From Candidatus Ruminococcus primaciens (lineage in GTDB: Bacteria > Bacillota > Clostridia > Oscillospirales > Ruminococcaceae): a stretch of 61,525 nt of DNA. The notes under the pieces were generated by a model, which worked only from the letters and a program-made list of their open reading frames with translations, was not told the origin of the DNA and did not search any database. Location: the NCBI GenBank assembly GCA_037465745.1, contig DAPZRJ010000001.1, positions 1-61,525 on the forward strand, written 5' to 3'. Both the position numbers and the translations under genes were made by a program. Of the stretch, positions 57,383 through 61,525 are shown one piece after another. Each line of letters starts with the position of its first letter. Position 1 is the stretch's first letter.

Positions 57383-57895
57383 ATGAGTAAAAAACTTGAA
57401 AAAGAATTTTATCATCGTGACTGCCTTGAAGTTGCACCTGATTTAGTAGGAAAAATTCTTGTTCATCGTTTGCCTGATGATACTGAACTCAGAGTAAGAA
57501 TAACTGAAACAGAGGCTTACAGGGGTGAGGAGGACAAAGCCTGCCATGCATCAAAAGGCAGAACTCCAAGAACTGAACTGCTATATGGCGAGTCGGGAAT
57601 TATATATGTGTATTTATGCTATGGGATGCATTGGCTTATGAATGTAATTACAGGTGAGAAAGATATTCCTCAGGGCGTTTTGCTGAGAGCAGGAGAGAAC
57701 CTGTCAGGCCCTGCAAAGCTTACGAAATACCTCAAAATCAATAAGGAACAGAATGGCAGTCCAATATATAATAACGAAAATGTTTGGATAGAGGATGATG
57801 GTTTTCAGCCGGAGATTAAAACTGCTCCGAGAGTCGGAATAGATTATGCAGGTGATTATTGGCGTGACATAGAATGGAGATTTATAATTAAATAG
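57383..57895 (+). CDS. DNA-3-methyladenine glycosylase (MPG/Aag family)
   Basis: LVGKIL, ITETEAY, YVYLCYGMH, VLLRA, GPAKL, PRVGI, WRF. Confidence 0.92.
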   Translation: MSKKLEKEFYHRDCLEVAPDLVGKILVHRLPDDTELRVRITETEAYRGEEDKACHASKGRTPRTELLYGESGIIYVYLCYGMHWLMNVITGEKDIPQGVLLRAGENLSGPAKLTKYLKINKEQNGSPIYNNENVWIEDDGFQPEIKTAPRVGIDYAGDYWRDIEWRFIIK

Positions 57896-57989
57896 CAGAT
57901 TTTAATTAAACCATATATTGCTTGCTTAATTTTAGGCTGTTTATTACTTTATTAAAATGTGAATATTCTGAAAATATTGGCAGTTTTAC

Positions 57990-58018
57990 TTGAATTATTA
58001 ATTTAATAATGGTATAAT
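57990..58018 (+). promoter_or_regulatory. Sigma-A promoter for the mannanase gene
   Basis: TTGAAT-17bp-TATAAT with extended TG. Confidence 0.65.
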
Positions 58019-58097
58019 AAAGTTATAAATTTTAGAATTTGTCTTTATAGGCAGAGTATCCTATGAGAACAGATTCATATATTGGGAGGTTCAGACA

Positions 58098-59906
58098 ATG
58101 TCTGGAAAAATTTTTGCAAAATTTGGTTCAGCAGTCCTTACAGCTGCAATTGCAGTAAATTCTCTTGCTGTTACAAATGTTTTTTCTAATGCAGCATCAG
58201 ATGTTTATGAATTCGAGGACGGAACAATAACAGGAACCAGTACAACTGTTATGACAGAAGAAAGCGGATATTCAGGTGACGGGTATGTTTATATGAAAGA
58301 TGCGGGAGATACTCTTTCAGTTGAGGTTGAAGTTCCGTCAGCCGGCATGTATGATGTTACTATATGCTATAATATCCCAACAGCAAGCGGCTCAAAAAAG
58401 CAATTTATGTACATTAACGGAGTAAATCAGGGTGAAATCAGCTTTTCACCAAATGATGCCTTTACTGAAACAAATATAGGTACATTTAAGTTTGCTGCGG
58501 GTACTAATGTAATTAAAATTGAAAGCAGCTGGGGCTGGACTATGTTTGACTATATCAAGGTGGCTCCTGCAACACTTCCTGAACTCAGCTGTTCAAGTGA
58601 GTTATCCGACAAGTCAGCAACAAAAGAAACTAAAAGTCTTATGAATTATCTTGCGTCTGTTTTTGGAAATAACATTATTTCAGGTCAGCAGGAATATTAT
58701 GGTACTTCAAGAGAAGATGAGTTTGACTATATTTATAATCTCTCTGGTAAGTATCCTGCAATCAAAGGTTTTGACTTTGGAGATACCTGTCCTCTTTATG
58801 CATGGGACGATGGTGCAACAAATAGAATTATAAATTGGGTAAATGATAAGGGCGGTATTGCAACTGCAAGCTGGCATGTAAATGTACCTACAAAGATGGA
58901 CGATTATACATTGGGTTCATCTCTCAGCTGGGATAAAACAACATATACACAGAATACTGATTTTGTTACTGCAAACGTTTTGAAAGAAGGTACTGTTGAG
59001 CATGATTATTTTCTTCTTGCTGTAGATAATCTTGCAAAGGAACTTCTTAAATTGCAGGACGCAAATGTTCCTCTTATTTTCAGACCATTCCATGAAGCAG
59101 AGGGCAATGGCGGAGAAAATGGTGAAGGAGCTTGGTTCTGGTGGTCAAAGGAGGGTGCAGAGGTATACAAGGATTTATACAAATATCTGTACCAGCTTTT
59201 AACAGAAGAATACGGACTTCATAATCTTATCTGGGAATTTAACAGTTATACATACAGTACATCATACGCATGGTATCCGGGTACAGAATATGTTGATATT
59301 ATAGGATATGATAAGTATAATGCAAAGAACTGGAATACAGGAGCTGTTGCTCCGAATGAGAGTGCTATTTCAGGAATTTTCTACTCATTGTTTAATATGT
59401 ATGGCAGTGACGGAAAAATGATTGCTATGGCTGAAAATGATACAATTCCTAATCTTGACAATCTTATTACAGAAAAAGCAGGCTGGCTGTATTTCTGTCC
59501 ATGGTACGGCGAACATCTTATGGACACAAATTACAATAATCCTGAAACATTAACGGAAATTTACAAGAGCGATTATGTAATTACTCTTGATGAGCTTCCA
59601 AAGGATCTGTATACTAATTCTTCATCACCTGACAAGCCGACCAACCCTACAACAACATCTCAGACTGAACCTTCAACTTCGGAATCTAAGGTTATATATG
59701 GTGATGCAAACTGTGATGAGTCAGTTGATATTTCAGATGCCGTGTTAATTAAGTGCTATCTTATAAACAGCAAGAAGTATGCTCTTTCTGAACAAGGACT
59801 TAAAAATGCTGATGTACATGCAGCAGGAAACGGTGTAAATGCACAAGATGCAGTTGCAGTTCAGAAGTACGTTATAAAAAGCATAGATGCTCTTCCTATA
59901 GCATAA
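58098..59906 (+). CDS. Cellulosomal beta-mannanase: signal peptide, CBM35-like module, GH26 catalytic domain, linker, type I dockerin
   Basis: YEFEDG...SWGW..FDY (CBM35-like); FRPFHE, WFWW, DIIGYDKY, AENDTIP (GH26); YGDANCDESVDISDAV...NADV (dockerin). Confidence 0.9.
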   Translation: MSGKIFAKFGSAVLTAAIAVNSLAVTNVFSNAASDVYEFEDGTITGTSTTVMTEESGYSGDGYVYMKDAGDTLSVEVEVPSAGMYDVTICYNIPTASGSKKQFMYINGVNQGEISFSPNDAFTETNIGTFKFAAGTNVIKIESSWGWTMFDYIKVAPATLPELSCSSELSDKSATKETKSLMNYLASVFGNNIISGQQEYYGTSREDEFDYIYNLSGKYPAIKGFDFGDTCPLYAWDDGATNRIINWVNDKGGIATASWHVNVPTKMDDYTLGSSLSWDKTTYTQNTDFVTANVLKEGTVEHDYFLLAVDNLAKELLKLQDANVPLIFRPFHEAEGNGGENGEGAWFWWSKEGAEVYKDLYKYLYQLLTEEYGLHNLIWEFNSYTYSTSYAWYPGTEYVDIIGYDKYNAKNWNTGAVAPNESAISGIFYSLFNMYGSDGKMIAMAENDTIPNLDNLITEKAGWLYFCPWYGEHLMDTNYNNPETLTEIYKSDYVITLDELPKDLYTNSSSPDKPTNPTTTSQTEPSTSESKVIYGDANCDESVDISDAVLIKCYLINSKKYALSEQGLKNADVHAAGNGVNAQDAVAVQKYVIKSIDALPIA

Positions 59907-59932
59907 TACAACTTTTATGTGGTATGATTTAT

Positions 59933-59972
59933 AAAAAAGCCGTCAGTTCATTAATTTGAGCTGGCGGCTTTT
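59933..59972. terminator. Bidirectional terminator between mannanase and coaC
   Basis: aaaaaagccgtcagttca...tgagctggcggctttt. Confidence 0.8.
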
Positions 59973-59974
59973 GA

Positions 59975-60511
59975 TTAGTTTAGTAATTCCTCAACTTTAT
60001 TAACTATGTCATTAATATCTGCTAAAGCACCCTTTCCTGTATCTCCGCAGGCAAGAAGTGCATTTCTTGGTTCAACAAAATGGTATCCGAGATTTTTCAG
60101 TCTTGCAATGTTTTCCTGAGTTACAGCATTTTCATACATTGCAGTATTCATAGCAGGACAAACTATTATAGGCTTGTCCTTGAAAGCAAGCAAAGAAGAA
60201 GTAAGCATATCATCTGCAAACCCATGAGATGCTTTTGCAATAAAGTTTGCGGTTGCAGGAGCAATTAAAAATAAATCTGCTTTATGAGCAACTGCAATAT
60301 GATTTACTTCAGATGGGTTATCCTCATCAAATAAGTCGGTGTAGACTTTATTTTTTGTTAATGTTTGAATTGTCAGAGGAGTTATAAATTCAATTGCTGA
60401 CTTTGTCATAATTGCGGTAACACTATATCCCAGCTTTGTAATTTTATTAGCAATGTCGGCAGCTTTGTAAGCTGCAATACTTCCTGTAATACCAAGAGCA
60501 ATATTCTTCAT
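59975..60511 (-). CDS. coaC: Phosphopantothenoylcysteine decarboxylase
   Basis: GITGSIAAYK, HI, APATAN, PAMNTAMY, LACGDTGKG. Confidence 0.93.
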   Translation of the reverse strand: MKNIALGITGSIAAYKAADIANKITKLGYSVTAIMTKSAIEFITPLTIQTLTKNKVYTDLFDEDNPSEVNHIAVAHKADLFLIAPATANFIAKASHGFADDMLTSSLLAFKDKPIIVCPAMNTAMYENAVTQENIARLKNLGYHFVEPRNALLACGDTGKGALADINDIVNKVEELLN

Positions 60512-61251
60512 ATATTATCTATCCTTTCCATAACAGCAGATACAATTCCTTTTGCTATTTCCTGCTTTGTTGAAAACTCTGATTTTCTTCCGTCCTTATG
60601 CAATAAAAATCCTTTATGAATGTCTGATTTTATATTGACTGCATCATTTGCAAGAACAAAATCGCAGTTATTATTATTCATAAGAGCTTCAGCTACGTTG
60701 AATAAAGTGTTTAAGTCTACGTTATTAAGAAGTTTAAATCCGACCAATATTGTTTCGGGAGAAAGCTTTTTAAACATTGGCAGAATTTTAGGCGTTTTTT
60801 CCAGCAAAATTATAGGTGACTCTATGCTTGATGATATTTTTTTGTTTTGCTTAATAAGATTATTTTCATCAAAAGCTTGTTCAATTGAGAAATCATTTAT
60901 ACAGTCTGCTTTATTGAGTGACCTTGATACGCTTGAAATATCAGCCACTGACTTAACACGATAATCACTTACTGCCATGCTGTGTATTACAGCATCTATC
61001 TTTTCATTTTGAAACAAATTTATAACAGCAGTTTCAAGGTCGGCTACGCTTTCTATGGTTATTATTTTTGCTTTTTTTGCAGCAGGTTTAAATGAATTTT
61101 CGGCACAAATATAGTATATATTATTAATCATTGGACTTTTTTCAAATTCATCTGCAATAAGACTTCCAAGCCTGCCTGTTCCTGTATTTGTTATACTGCG
61201 TACACCGTCTATAGTTTCAGTTGTTCCTCCGGCTGTAATTAGTATGTTCAT
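60508..61251 (-). CDS. coaB: Phosphopantothenate--cysteine ligase
   Basis: ILITAGGT.E.IDGVR.ITN.GTG, HSMAVSDY, TPKIL, LVGFKL, VLAND. Confidence 0.92.
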   Translation of the reverse strand: MNILITAGGTTETIDGVRSITNTGTGRLGSLIADEFEKSPMINNIYYICAENSFKPAAKKAKIITIESVADLETAVINLFQNEKIDAVIHSMAVSDYRVKSVADISSVSRSLNKADCINDFSIEQAFDENNLIKQNKKISSSIESPIILLEKTPKILPMFKKLSPETILVGFKLLNNVDLNTLFNVAEALMNNNNCDFVLANDAVNIKSDIHKGFLLHKDGRKSEFSTKQEIAKGIVSAVMERIDNI

Positions 61252-61281
61252 TTCAAAGCTCCTTACTATTTGTTTTTGTAA

Positions 61282-61319
61282 AAGGCAATACCATACAAAA
61301 GTTGTGCAGTGTTGTCATA
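61282..61319. repeat. Dispersed repeat, minimal form
   Basis: aaggcaataccatacaa-aag-ttgtgcagtgttgtcata. Confidence 0.7.
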
Positions 61320-61387
61320 AGTATTATTATAAAGATTTACGGGCGTAATTCAAGTATATTTTGTATTATTAATGGTAAATTTACAAT

Positions 61388-61438
61388 TAAAGCAATACCG
61401 CACAAAGTACGTCAAAAGGTTTTGTGCGATATTATTTA
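61388..61438. repeat. Dispersed repeat, short form
   Basis: taaagcaataccgcacaaa-gtacgtcaaaaggt-tttgtgcgatattattta. Confidence 0.8.
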
Positions 61439-61475
61439 TTGAAAACTTTACAAATTTTTATAAATTTGGTATAAT

Positions 61476-61525
61476 TAAGGCAACACAGCACAAAGCACGT
61501 CAAAAGACTTTGCACGTCATTATCT
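61476..61525 (+). repeat. Left part of a long repeat copy, cut by the window end
   Basis: taaggcaacacagcacaaagcacgtcaaaagactttgcacgtcattatct aligns with 7244-7293. Confidence 0.8.

Noticed and set aside
1164..61525. Palindromic repeats as a CRISPR array or integron attC sites
   Set aside because: Copies are dispersed, variable in length and not separated by regular spacers; no cas or integrase gene; they flank core genes

Overview
Low-GC Firmicutes chromosome segment that reads like a cellulolytic, probably cellulosome-producing Ruminococcus-like organism (inferred from a GH9 cellulase, a CBM-GH26-dockerin mannanase and the gene order). Most of the window is core envelope and housekeeping DNA: cdaA-cdaR, thrR-hom-maf, mreBCD-mrdA, murC-lexA, zapA-U32-dut, spoVG, iscS-thiI-cinA, two class B sortases, a SpoIID-like gene, a dcw cluster (mraZ to ftsZ), a sigH-like sigma factor, a trmK-nif3 fusion, rlmA, rqcH, mpg and coaBC. 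No transposase, integrase, prophage, CRISPR array or rRNA was seen. The most unusual observations are: (1) about 17 copies of one dispersed palindromic MITE/REP-like intergenic repeat (TAAGGCAACACCGCACAAA...TTTGTGCGGTGTTGCCTTA), several at stop codons or predicted transcription starts; (2) a circularly permuted SpoIID/LytB domain behind two tandem class B sortases, just upstream of dcw; (3) an in-frame TGA inside an otherwise full-length murF; (4) a tRNA-shaped element with a collapsed anticodon arm in front of a zinc-ribbon gene; (5) a ~315-nt highly paired spacer with a possible RBS switch before the division PBP; (6) four 11-bp-phased TGTAAT boxes at the GH9 promoter. All calls come from reading motifs by eye; no database searches or folding programs were run.
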